DNA of 63,925 bases, counting the filler, from Aduncisulcus paluster (lineage: Eukaryota): the NCBI GenBank assembly GCA_024181965.1. It is 6 parts of 6 records of this genome, joined end to end, with 100 filler letters (N's around TTAATTAATTAA, not from the genome) between each part and the next. Parts side by side here need not be neighbours in the genome. Positions count along the whole stretch, not along the records: positions 25,074 to 38,324 come from BQXS01010866.1; positions 38,425 to 44,833 come from BQXS01010867.1; positions 44,934 to 51,363 come from BQXS01010868.1; 3 more parts are not named here. One strand, 5' to 3'. Within the stretch, counting starts at the first letter, position 1. Every line of letters starts with the position of its first letter. The position numbers and the translations under genes are program-made. Under the pieces are notes generated by a model. It saw only the letters and a list, made by a program, of their open reading frames with translations, made no database searches and had not been told where the DNA came from. Below, one piece after another: positions 35,515 through 46,228 of the stretch.

Positions 35515-38302
35515 TCATTCCTTCTCTTCCTCTTCCGAGTCTTCTTTCCGTGAATCCCCTTTCTTATCAAAAGAATGGTGGACAATTTTAGTTTCATCGC
35601 TATCTATACGCCTTTCTACAATATGATTATGAACTTTAACAAAGATTGAAGGATGGTCATAATGTCTAACAGCGTGGTCAAGGGATTCTCCGAAAGTCTC
35701 TTTACAATCACAATGGTGCTCAGAGATAACACTTTCATCAGACCTGATATTTCCAGGAAGTCCATATCTATCAAGGTTAGCTCCAACAATATCTTCAGGT
35801 CTTGGAAGTTTATATCCTGCTCCAAGAGAAGGAAGTAATTCTTTGATTGATTGTACTCTCTCACAAGCTTCATGCACACTCATACGTTCTGCAGGGTTGA
35901 ATCGGATGAGACCATAAATGATTTCTTCAAAACATGTATGAAGATGCTTGTATTTACCTTCTTCCATGGTCTTGAGTTTCCGGAAAACATACGAGTCTGA
36001 AAGTGAAAGTTTACACCGTTTCTCGATTAATCTTTTGTAAAATGCTTCCACACTATCTAAACCTTCATATGCTTGCATTTGAGTGAATGGAGTGCATCCA
36101 AAGAAAAGGGAGAACAAAGTGAGACCCAGTGAGTAAGCATCACTCTTTTGAGTCTCAATGCCATCAAAGGATTCGGGAGATTTGAACACAAGAGATTCAA
36201 AGATAAATTGATCCGACAACGATGAAACAAATTTTCTTCTCTCTTGTCGAGAGAGTTGTTTTGAGTGAATTATCATGTCACGAATATGAAGAACCAATGC
36301 CATCAAGAACAACAGTGCACTCCTTAGAGGTGGAATCGACACGAATAAGGAAGTTGTTCGGTTTGATATTTCTATGAATGAGATCAGGTTTTGCCTTGAG
36401 AATATCACTGACACACTGAATTATATCAGCACATAGAGCACATATCCTCAGAGGATCAAGTAAAGTCAAATCAACAGGTCTCATTGATTGTCGGCTTGAT
36501 GAGGAAGAGCTTGATTCTGAATGGTCTGAATTCTTATCACTGTCACCTGAACCATAGGATTCTGAGTCAGAATGTAGCTCTTCCTCACGACCATCACTAT
36601 CGTCTTCATCTCCATCATTTCCATCTCCATGATCATGTATAACCGCTGTACTATCCGATTCTGTTCCTCCCATGGTTGATTCTCTAACATAACATGCATA
36701 TTTGCCTTGTGAACACCAACTCCTAGCAAAGTCCTTTACATTACCTCCAAGACAAAATTCCATGATGAAACCATAAACACCTTTCATATTCGAATCCATT
36801 AGATCAAGAATATAAATAGGACGTGTGATACGATTGAAACATTTAGGATTATTATACAATTCTAATTGCATCTTGAAATCTCTTCTGCAATATTTAACAA
36901 GCTTTTCATCAGCATCATAATAAAACATTTTCTTCAACACACAAGAAAATGGAATACCATCAACTTGAACAAGAAGAACCTCTCCGAATCCACCACTGCC
37001 AATGATGCACTGTGAAGGCAGCGTGGATTCAGATGTCAGGGTTAGCGAGTCGTTCTTGGGGTTATACTTGGGCTTGCCATCCTTGGGATTTTGTTTCTTT
37101 TTATCCTTGTGTTTCTTCTGTTTGGTGTCTTTTGGTGCTGAATCCTTATCATTTCCTATAATAACAATTTCTTTCACAGGTTTTGATGGCAAGGACAAAT
37201 TTGATGTGGGTGTCTTGGAGGAACTGAAAGGAACATGAACATGAGTAAGAAGAGCAGGAGAGGTAGGAATATCATCACCTCGAAGGAAAACAAGTGAGTA
37301 GATCCAGAAACATCGACTATTCTTCATATCCCACGTTCCTTTCCCTTCAATCTCACACAATACAACATTAGCCAAATCAATAGGAAGGAAGTGCCATTCA
37401 TAGTAATTTTTAGGTTCTGTGAATTTATACTTAATGAATGTCTTCTTACCATCACAATCAGTGAAAGTGAAGAGAAGAGAGGGTGAACTATCATACTTAC
37501 TCACACATATATAAGAACCTTTCATGGGGCTAGGTGATGGGAAAGGGATGGAAAGATGGGATAAGGACACATAATCTTCCGCTTTTAACATTTTTTGTGC
37601 ATTTGAACTTTGATCATAATACTTAGATTCCGTACTATACGAATCATCTTTGCACTTAATCATTGCGAATGAAGGATCTACAAGCTTTGGATCATTTCGT
37701 GGAATGGGAATAGAATCTCTACCTCCGTCCTTAACAAACTCTGGATTCACAACTGGAGCTTCAGACCAAAGTTTCTCTCTGGCTTCACGAGATTTGATTT
37801 CTTCAGGGGTTTCTTCTCTACAAATGAAAATGAGGGATTCGATTTTAAAATACTCTTCCTTTCTTCCTCTCCCTGTAATCTCGCATAGAACAACATCAGG
37901 GAGATCAATAGGGAGAAAGAACCAGCTTGTTTTTTCTAATTCAGGAAATTCTTATTTTTTAAACATTTTCTCCCCCTTTGAAGATGTAAGAGAGAAGATA
38001 AGGTATGAAGGAAGTGGAGAACTGGATGATTCTCCTCCAATACAAATACAAGCACCCTTAATGGGAGTAGATGTGGAGAAAGGAAGGGAGATATCTGTAA
38101 ATTCTCCCCGATTACGCTCTCCTTTCATCATCTTTTGTGCTGCAGAACTCTGATCATATTCTTTATCACCTTTTCCCTTGGTCCTATTCTTTGCTTTGAT
38201 GACAGTTATATCAGGACTCTTAACATTTGGGGAGTCTCGGGGAATTGGAGAGCAAGATTCGTCACCTTCATGAATAAACTCTGATTTAATGGTGGGCTAC
38301 AT
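35515..38302 (-). pseudogene. Disrupted Ser/Thr kinase with two N-terminal beta modules
   Basis: One frame from ATG 38302 with in-frame TAG (38299-38297) and TAA (37954-37952, where the sister repeat has Tyr); GSGGFG, VLKK, HRNIKPNN; frameshift near 36300 at the DFG position; the C-lobe (SPE..KSDAYSLG) continues in ORF 35515-36414. Confidence 0.8.
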
Positions 38303-38324
38303 ATCATTTTTGAAAAAGAGATAT

Positions 38325-38424
38325 NNNNNNNNNNNNNNNNNNNNNNNNNNNNNNNNNNNNNNNNNNNNTTAATTAATTAANNNNNNNNNNNNNNNNNNNN
38401 NNNNNNNNNNNNNNNNNNNNNNNN
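38325..38424. other. Artificial contig spacer
   Basis: N block with TTAATTAATTAA. Confidence 0.97.
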
Positions 38425-39593
38425 GAACAACTATATAGCCTATGCAGGGTATATAAGGCATTAAAATTATAGATATCCATGGAATACGTGTCAGCGATTT
38501 CTTGACAAATATACAAGTATGTAAGCTGGTTAAGGGTTGCAATATCATTCACACCAGAGATATCGGTGTCTTTCAAATTAAAATAGTGAATATTGATTAA
38601 ATATTGAGCACCGATCAAAGTAGTAATATGAGATTTATCGGCAAAAATCTTTCCACTTATCCCACCCATCTCAAACTCAGACACGTCACAAAAGGGGTCA
38701 ACACTAACGTCATATCCAGCATCAGAACAAATACGCTTTCTGAATAGTTTGTCGGGAATGTGCACAGAATACAGTTGGTCACATGCATCTCCATACCAGG
38801 CAGAACGGCATCCAAGGGAAGGTGCTGATCCTTCATCGGCAAGAATACACATGTGATACTCATCAATGTCGGATGGGCACAAAGACTCAGAGTCTTCAAC
38901 ACACGAATATGTGGCTTCGTCATAATAATACCCATCCTCACACTCGGCAGCATAGCGGCCGGAATAAACCTCAGTGCAGACTTGATGGTCTTCCTCAGAG
39001 AGATACAATGAACATTCTTCGGAGAAACCATAACTAAACCCAAATTGAAAGAAAGAAGTTAGAATAACCGAAAAGATGACCAAATATGACCATGGGGTGG
39101 GCAAATAATACCTTGGATTTGAAATAGTTGATATAAATTTTCTACATTTTGAAACAGCAATAATCACAATAATAAATGAAGCGATTAGAAATAATATTAA
39201 ACTAAAATACAAAAATAGAAACATTGTGATTCTGTTGTGGCCGAATAATGTAGCCGAAATTATTTCTCTAAAATTGGTTGGTTGGTCTTTAATACAAAAA
39301 GTAGATGGTCCTGGGGGATGTCCATTGTCAGGTAAATTAATTCTATTTGGATAAAAATAATGTTGAATGGCAAATCTATCTATCACAGGACAAATGGCTT
39401 CAAGCCAATGACCAAGTTGGTCATTATTCAAATGAGATAACCAACATACAAGGGGAACACAAATAAAAAATATAATAAAATGCGAAAAAGGAGATAAGAT
39501 TCCGAAATTAGCAGAGCCATTCACGAAATAGCTAATGGATTTTTTTTCCATTAATGGGCAGGTGAGAAACGAGTTTTTACCACTGAAAACCAT
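38425..39593 (-). CDS. 3'-partial Cys-rich (EGF-like) plus leucine-rich-repeat surface or secreted protein; true start uncertain
   Basis: Hydrophobic segments, then ECEDGYYYD...C, CRSAWYGDAC, IPDKLFRKRIC, ITTLIGAQYLINI..FNL...ISGVNDIATLNQLTYL (internalin-like LRR); runs into the spacer. Confidence 0.65.
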
Positions 39594-40117
39594 AATACAT
39601 GAAAATTAATGGAGATTAGAAAGATACTAGAATGGAATGAATAATCAAATTGTGCATTTCCCATTGCATTTCTTTTATGTGAGCAAGGAGGGTCTAGAAA
39701 GATTGTAAATGTGCGAAAAATAATTAAAATGCATTGTTATTATTGTTTCATTTTTAAGAAAAATAAAAAATAGTGGTATTGCTGAGATTGAAATTCGGAT
39801 TTTTTATTTGTGTTTCAGAGAGCCAATCTTTCATTTTTCGAGTATTGTAACATTATTTGAGATATTAAAATTTTTATTTGCTTGATTTAACAATAGATCC
39901 CAGACTGGGATTCCCAGTTAAACATGCTTCATGAAAGAAGGAAAGACATAACAGACATCGGATGTCTTTCCTTCAAAACTTATTCGTTTCAACTGCAACT
40001 TGTGCATTCCCAAGGTAGTTCTCATAAGATGGGATTGTGAAAAGTGAAAGCAAAAAAGATCGATTTGTGGTGCAGATAATCTTCTCACTCCTGTTGTTTA
40101 CATGTAGATAACAAACT

Positions 40118-41371
40118 TCATTTAAATCTTCGCGATGAAACACAATGTACGATATATTCACACACATTCTCAACCAATTTGACTTTCCTTTCGTCCCCAT
40201 TTTCTTTTAATAAATATAAACAACTGTTGCACACGCCAACAACCTCACGTTGTACTTCTCGTAATGTTAGGAATTCGTTGAAAAACATGACAATAGATCC
40301 ATCAAGGAAGAAGAACAAGCCGGAGAAGAAGGAAGAGAGGAATTCTGGTGAAAATTGGGACAGAATGGGTGCATTTGGGAGTGTTGATGGCGCGATAGGG
40401 TCGTTGCAGAACAGTGGAAGAATTGAAAAATGGTATGTATCATTTGATAACCATAGAAAACATTCAGAGGAATTTTTGATGAGTGAGTCTGAAAGTTTTG
40501 GAACAATTGATGGATATGAATCAATTACAACTTCAAGCCTTGTCCTTGTAAAACAATATTTAATATAATTGGGTCCATATATCTTCTCAAGGATATATTT
40601 AGGACACAACTGAATGAAAGGGCTCTTCTCTTCAATTCTAAGAGATTGTTGAACACAAAGACATATGTCTAGAGTTGCTTCTGATTCTAAGGTAGAAGAA
40701 ATCGAAGGAGATGAACTGGAAATCCATTTTAAGTAGGCATTTTTAATTGATGGAGTAAGCATATAAAGTTTCAAGGCGGTCAATCGCAAAGAAAAAAAGG
40801 AATTTCCTCGTAAATATTTAGGATGTAACTGTGTAAGCATTGTTGCCCGGCTGAGAAGCTCTGAATGAGGGATAAATAGATTTGATTTTAGAGTAGAAGT
40901 AATTAGAATAACAGCTTCATCGACAGTGGCACGTAAAGTATCAAGGAGAATTTCTCGCTCTTCTAATAGTGATTCTTTGAGGGGATAGGAGGCGAATTGT
41001 GAAACATAAAAGCGAAATGATAAAGTATCTTCAATAGCTTTGGCCGTTTCTTTCAGAACTTTCTCTCTTTCTTCAATAAAATCTATTGACAAATCTCCAC
41101 TGTATGTGAATGGCCTCTCGATGTAATATTCTTTGTCTTTTATGGCTTTTGAAATCCGTTTTAGGGTTTGGCAAGTCCGAAGATATCCAATTGCTTTATC
41201 AACGGAATCTTTGATAATAAATGAATCAAAATCTGAATATTTGAAACAATTTTTAATTCGTGTATCCTGTAATTGAACGTCTAAATATGTTTTGGAGCTT
41301 TTTGATAAAGAAGCACATCTATCAGAAACAACGGAAAACAAGGAATAAAAATCTGCGAAAGCATCTTCCAT
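40118..41371 (-). CDS. Hypothetical protein (~417 aa, probably helical)
   Basis: Long ORF flanked by AT-rich intergenic DNA; likely start MEDAF at 41371 (alternative 41446). Confidence 0.65.
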   Translation of the reverse strand: MEDAFADFYSLFSVVSDRCASLSKSSKTYLDVQLQDTRIKNCFKYSDFDSFIIKDSVDKAIGYLRTCQTLKRISKAIKDKEYYIERPFTYSGDLSIDFIEEREKVLKETAKAIEDTLSFRFYVSQFASYPLKESLLEEREILLDTLRATVDEAVILITSTLKSNLFIPHSELLSRATMLTQLHPKYLRGNSFFSLRLTALKLYMLTPSIKNAYLKWISSSSPSISSTLESEATLDICLCVQQSLRIEEKSPFIQLCPKYILEKIYGPNYIKYCFTRTRLEVVIDSYPSIVPKLSDSLIKNSSECFLWLSNDTYHFSILPLFCNDPIAPSTLPNAPILSQFSPEFLSSFFSGLFFFLDGSIVMFFNEFLTLREVQREVVGVCNSCLYLLKENGDERKVKLVENVCEYIVHCVSSRRFK

Positions 41372-41707
41372 AATACTCGTAAATATTTTGATTTGTTTGA
41401 AAGTAGAACCAAAACAAGTCGATTGTGTGTAACGGACGAAATACATTGTGATGGTTAAATTTACTGGTACTCTTCAATTTATAATACATGAATATATCTA
41501 TTTTATATATATTCCAAAGCAAAATACTTTTATATCATGAGAATTCGACCTGTCTGAGATTGACTTCTGTATAAGACAACAAAATATCAATATGACAAAG
41601 AGAAATAAAAGAAATATAAGTAGAGATTATGAATATTTGCATTTTTTCGGAGATATATTTCCAGATTTTCAGAAGCAAAATCTGCGATAAAAATCTGGAA
41701 TTTTGAA

Positions 41708-43114
41708 ATGAAAGGGAAACAATCACGAGATGAAAAGGATTTAGAATGTACTTTTCGACCTCAAATTAACAAAAATTCCTTATTAATAGCTTCTAAATCA
41801 CGTCCTATATATGAAAGAGTTTTTGAGATTAATAGACGTCGGAAAGAAAAGATTCAAGCACAAAGATTAGAATTGCATAGACAATCTGATAGATTTACCC
41901 CCAAAATTTCGAAATATTCACGTCATTTAGCTCAATCTCGTGTACGAGGATCTGGTTCTGATTCTGTAGCCGCCCATAAAAGATTAGAGTATGAAGCAAC
42001 AGTTAAGCAACAAAAAATAGCACAATTAAGAAAGGAAACCGCTCAAAAAGAAGCAGCTGAATGCACTTTTGCACCTAGATTGACCAAAGGGACCGAATTT
42101 ATTGTAGCTGAGAGTGATCATTTCAAGGGCAAGAATAGAGATTTTATTACTCGTCAAAAAGCATTTGCAATGAAAAGGGACCGTGAATTACGTGGTATTA
42201 AAGTGGATTTGGCCAGAGAATGCACTTTCACACCTCGTGTGAGTAGTCGCTCTACCTATAGCACTGGAGAGTCTGACGTAATCAAAAGGTTAATGGATAC
42301 AGGAAAAAAGATTAAACAAAAGCAAAATGAGCATGCTCAACAAGTATATTCTTCTTTTACCTTTCAACCTGATATCGATCCACATTCTAAGCGTATTGCA
42401 TCAACTGCTCGTCGATTTAGACCTGTGACAACATCAACATATAATAGTGGAATGCAGATAAAGATGAAGAGGGACGAACTTCGTCGTAAATATGAGAAAG
42501 AAGTGAAGAGTATGTGTCCCTTCAAACCGTCTCTGCACCAAAGTCAGCGAAAAGTTCGAGTACAGAGTGTTTACAGCAAGAAAGACCCCCATTCAATAAT
42601 GGCACGAATTGAAGAAAGCAGACGGAAGCAAGAGGCTAAACAGATTCAATTAGAAATTGAAAAAATAGAAAAGGAGAGTCGCGGCTGCACTTTCCAGCCC
42701 AATCTTGTTGCTTCATCGCCTATTCTTCGTGCTGAAACCCATCGTGATCCCATTGTAGTTCGTGGATTGGGAAAACATCTTGAACGACAATCTCTTGGAA
42801 GAAAACAGCGTGAAGAAAAGAAGAAATCGCTTGAAAATGGAAGGTTTGTATCATCAACGCTTAATCCACCAAAACGACGTGGGATGATTCCCTCTTTTAC
42901 AACTCCCAAGCCCTTCAAACTCTCTGTCGACCCCCGAGCTGGAGAGAGACGAGACACGACAAGGGCTGAGCTTGAACAGCATAGATATGGGGAATGTTCA
43001 TTTGCTCCTGTCACGAATGTGCCCAGTCATGATATATTACACGAGATTTTGGAGAGTAGCGATGATTGGGATCTTGAGCAGCTGGACAGTGATTTATTAC
43101 ATGCACTTGTATGA
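41708..43114 (+). CDS. Basic protein with (E)CTFxP repeats; putative microtubule or flagellum-associated protein
   Basis: ECTFRPQI, FTPKI, ECTFAPRL, ECTFTPRV, FTFQPDI, CPFKPSL, CTFQPNL, ECSFAPV, plus a TPX2/FAM161-like TTPKPFKLS. Confidence 0.75.
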   Translation: MKGKQSRDEKDLECTFRPQINKNSLLIASKSRPIYERVFEINRRRKEKIQAQRLELHRQSDRFTPKISKYSRHLAQSRVRGSGSDSVAAHKRLEYEATVKQQKIAQLRKETAQKEAAECTFAPRLTKGTEFIVAESDHFKGKNRDFITRQKAFAMKRDRELRGIKVDLARECTFTPRVSSRSTYSTGESDVIKRLMDTGKKIKQKQNEHAQQVYSSFTFQPDIDPHSKRIASTARRFRPVTTSTYNSGMQIKMKRDELRRKYEKEVKSMCPFKPSLHQSQRKVRVQSVYSKKDPHSIMARIEESRRKQEAKQIQLEIEKIEKESRGCTFQPNLVASSPILRAETHRDPIVVRGLGKHLERQSLGRKQREEKKKSLENGRFVSSTLNPPKRRGMIPSFTTPKPFKLSVDPRAGERRDTTRAELEQHRYGECSFAPVTNVPSHDILHEILESSDDWDLEQLDSDLLHALV

Positions 43115-43514
43115 TATTTTTATTTAATTTAGATCGATGTGATTCATATTCTTCAAAATAAATTCTTGGAATTATGCTTTAATGTTTAGAATAATATATA
43201 TGAATTCAAAAAGATATCCATGAAGCCATTGCAGTATAAAATATTCGAAATATAATGAATTTGATAAATAAAGTAGATCTATGAAATTATTTAGTGAGAT
43301 CTCAATTCATGTAGGCCAATTCAGAAGGAGGATCTGTCGGCTCCTCAAGCTATAGTCGAGTGTCATTTAAGATGGGGAATATTCAACCTCAATGAATAAA
43401 ACAGATTGAAAAGAACAAAGATATTTGGGCAGATTCAAGATATATCAAGAGAAAATGGAAACTTTCCACAATTGAGAAAATAATCGAGGAAATCCAATTT
43501 GGAAATATGGGAAA

Positions 43515-44240
43515 TTATTCAACAGAAATGGTGCCCTGAATTAAAGGAGCAATTTCAGATTTCGAAACTTCCTCTTCTTCCTCTTTTGACTTTCCAAGAG
43601 CTTTTGCCAAACTGCAAATAAGGCAATCAACAATAATCTTTGGAGAAATATCTTCTCTCATGATTGGAACAACCAGATTCCATTTTTGAGATTCGTAAAA
43701 TTTGTAAGTTTTTTCCATCCACTTCCGGCTGCCTTCATTAAATTTAACTCGATGGGGTTCTCGAGCAAGACGAGCACAAATTCGTTTCCAAAGCAGCTCC
43801 TTTTCGACACTAAGTAGAGCTGCAAAAATGAAAATTCCGCTTGAAGTGAGTTCATCAATCTGTTTTCTGATAATTGGACTTAGGAGTTCCCCACCATTTT
43901 GAGCATAAAAACAGGCTGAATATGGTGATCTATCAGCAATAAATATGGTTGTATCACGTTTTGAAGGGGGACATTCAGCATGAAGTTTCAAAATCCGTGT
44001 AAACCAATGAGCCACCCACACAAACTCCATTGTAAGCGTTTGAGGATGGAGTTCAAAGCTTGGCATATCCAAAAAAGCTTCATCTAATACATTAAAACCT
44101 TTTTTCTGGAATTCTTTCAAAATTGTCGACTTTCCGGAGCCTAAAATAAAACAGAGATTAGAGGAATCAAGAATGATAGGAAAACAAATAGATTGTGAAT
44201 ATTACATACCGTGACATCCTTCTAAGCATAATATGATCAT
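43515..44240 (-). CDS. P-loop nucleoside/nucleotide kinase-like protein (dNK/TMPK/AAA_28-like), two exons (44240-44210, 44140-43515)
   Basis: Splicing builds MIILCLEGCHGSGKSTIL (Walker A); later IADRSPYS and RICARLAREP lid motifs. Confidence 0.85.
44141..44209 (-). other. Spliceosomal intron, 69 nt, phase 1, within the P-loop
   Basis: Donor GTATGTAATATT, CTAAT branch candidate, TTTTATTTTAG acceptor; removal restores GxxGxGKS. Confidence 0.92.
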
Positions 44241-44516
44241 TTTCTATAATATTTAATTGTTCACTGGGCAAGACGTAATCTGCGCAAAACCCTCCAAAAA
44301 TAGATAACAAGAAAAAAAGGGAGGCAAATTATTTAATTGCATAAAATAAATATTTGCGAGCATTTTTCAACTCAAAACGTGCAAATTGATTTTATTCTAT
44401 ACATTCCTACTCAGATACATCAATTCAAAAATTGAATGGAATTATTTTGACAAAGACGAAAAAAAGGGCATAATAAAAGCATTATCCAGTCAAGAATTTA
44501 CTAGAAACTAAGGAGC

Positions 44517-44833
44517 TTAGAATCCCTCGTCGGCCATACCTTCATCTTCACCCTCTTCAATAGGACTGTCGGCACCGATCTCCTCGTAATCCTTCTCAAG
44601 GGCAGCAAGATCTTCACGAGCCTCAGAGAACTCACCTTCTTCCATACCTTCTCCAACGTAGTGGTGAACGAAGGCACGCTTCTGGTACATAAGATCGAAC
44701 TTGTGGTCCATACGAGACCAAACCTCGGCGATGGCGGTGGTGTTGCTGATCATAAGACAGCTTCTCTGAACCTTGGCAAGGTCACCTCCGGGGACAACGG
44801 CAGGGGGTTGGTAGTTGATACCAATCTTGAAAC
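44517..44833 (-). CDS. TUBA: Alpha-tubulin, 3' fragment
   Basis: [85 protein letters not shown]-ending codon bias. Confidence 0.98.
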
Positions 44834-44933
44834 NNNNNNNNNNNNNNNNNNNNNNNNNNNNNNNNNNNNNNNNNNNNTTAATTAATTAANNNNNNNNNNN
44901 NNNNNNNNNNNNNNNNNNNNNNNNNNNNNNNNN
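44834..44933. other. Artificial contig spacer
   Basis: N block with TTAATTAATTAA. Confidence 0.97.
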
Positions 44934-45811
44934 ATGGGAAGATTTGTGTGCTTATTCCAGATTTTTTTGTCCGTTGTAAACATTTTTCAAGGAAAGGTCT
45001 TGGTAAAAAAATGCTTGAAATAATCAGAAGATGTATCTTTGGCTTACCCATTGGACTCTATGTCTTCAAAACAAATGTAAAAGCGTATAAATTCTATTTA
45101 AAACACGGGTTTGATGTAATACCGGTCTTTCCTCTATCTTCTTCACAGGCAGATTCTATTGTACCTCCCTCTTCCTCCTCTTCTTCCTCTTCCTCTTCCT
45201 CCTCTTCTTCCTTGACTCAAGAACCCGTTACATCGATAATTGAGAGTGGTATTCACCAATCATCACTCTCTCCAACTTGCACTCCTCCCTCCTCCTCTAC
45301 ATCTTCAATGTCCTCCTCTTCCTCTGCTCCATTGATGCAAGAGAGTACTCTAAGTTCTGTTGATGATGTTATTTCGACATCATTGGACTTTGATAGTGAT
45401 TCTCATGGTCCTCGTGGAATGACAAAAGATCAAAAAGATCAAAAAGAACATCCATGCTGTACTCTTGTTGATTATACTTGTCCAATTATGGTTGAAAAGG
45501 GGAAAGAGGAAGAGAAAGAGAAAGATTCTCCTCCAATTATTGTATCGAATCCAATATCAACACTTTCTAACAAGAAAGTTCCACCATCTTTTTCTATTTT
45601 TAATTCATGTCATTTCATGGTCCAAACCCAGGAAGATTGGAATGAAGTGTGTGGAATCAGACATTATGGAGATACACTCTCTTTATTTCACTTCTTAACC
45701 ATTGATGAAAGGGAGAAATTTGTCCGTGAATTCACCCTTGATCGTCAAAAGCACAGAATAATGAAAGATGGTTTGCTGAAAGGCGTTTCTAGTGAAGGAA
45801 TTGCTCTATAA
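44934..45811 (+). CDS. GNAT-family acetyltransferase, 5'-partial, with a Ser-rich insertion
   Basis: Motif A RKGLGKKML; motif B LYVFKTNVKAYKFYLKHGF; frame open from the spacer. Confidence 0.8.
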
Positions 45812-46228
45812 TGGTGTTGCTAAGTATTTTATTGCAATCATTGCTCCATTTGACTAAAGCCTAATAAATCTATTATCAGTACACTCGATCATAAGAACAT
45901 CAAATGCACGAAACTATTCTTGATATTTTAAAGAGTTTTTAACGTCTAAAATTTTTGTATTTAAGCCAATTAATAGAGTTTTGGGAAAACAGGTTTTCTC
46001 TTGTCATTCTATGGAAATTGAAATTTTTTATTCATTTAAAAATATTTAAAATTCCTTTTTAATTAGCAAATTTGATAAATAATCACATATTATTAATTAA
46101 TGAATCATTCATTACGGATGATCCGTGACTGAGTTTGTGGTGATATCATCATTCCAGTTCGTTTTTTAATTCAAAAATCAGACATATTTTTGGATTTTCC
46201 CGCTTTTTAACAATTAATCTTTTTTTAA

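Noticed and set aside
37952-38299. In-frame TAG and TAA as evidence for the hexamitid TAR=Gln code
   Set aside because: The TAA aligns with Tyr in the sister repeat, the gene has other lesions, and conserved genes here end in TAA or TAG (tubulin, dynein, AN1).
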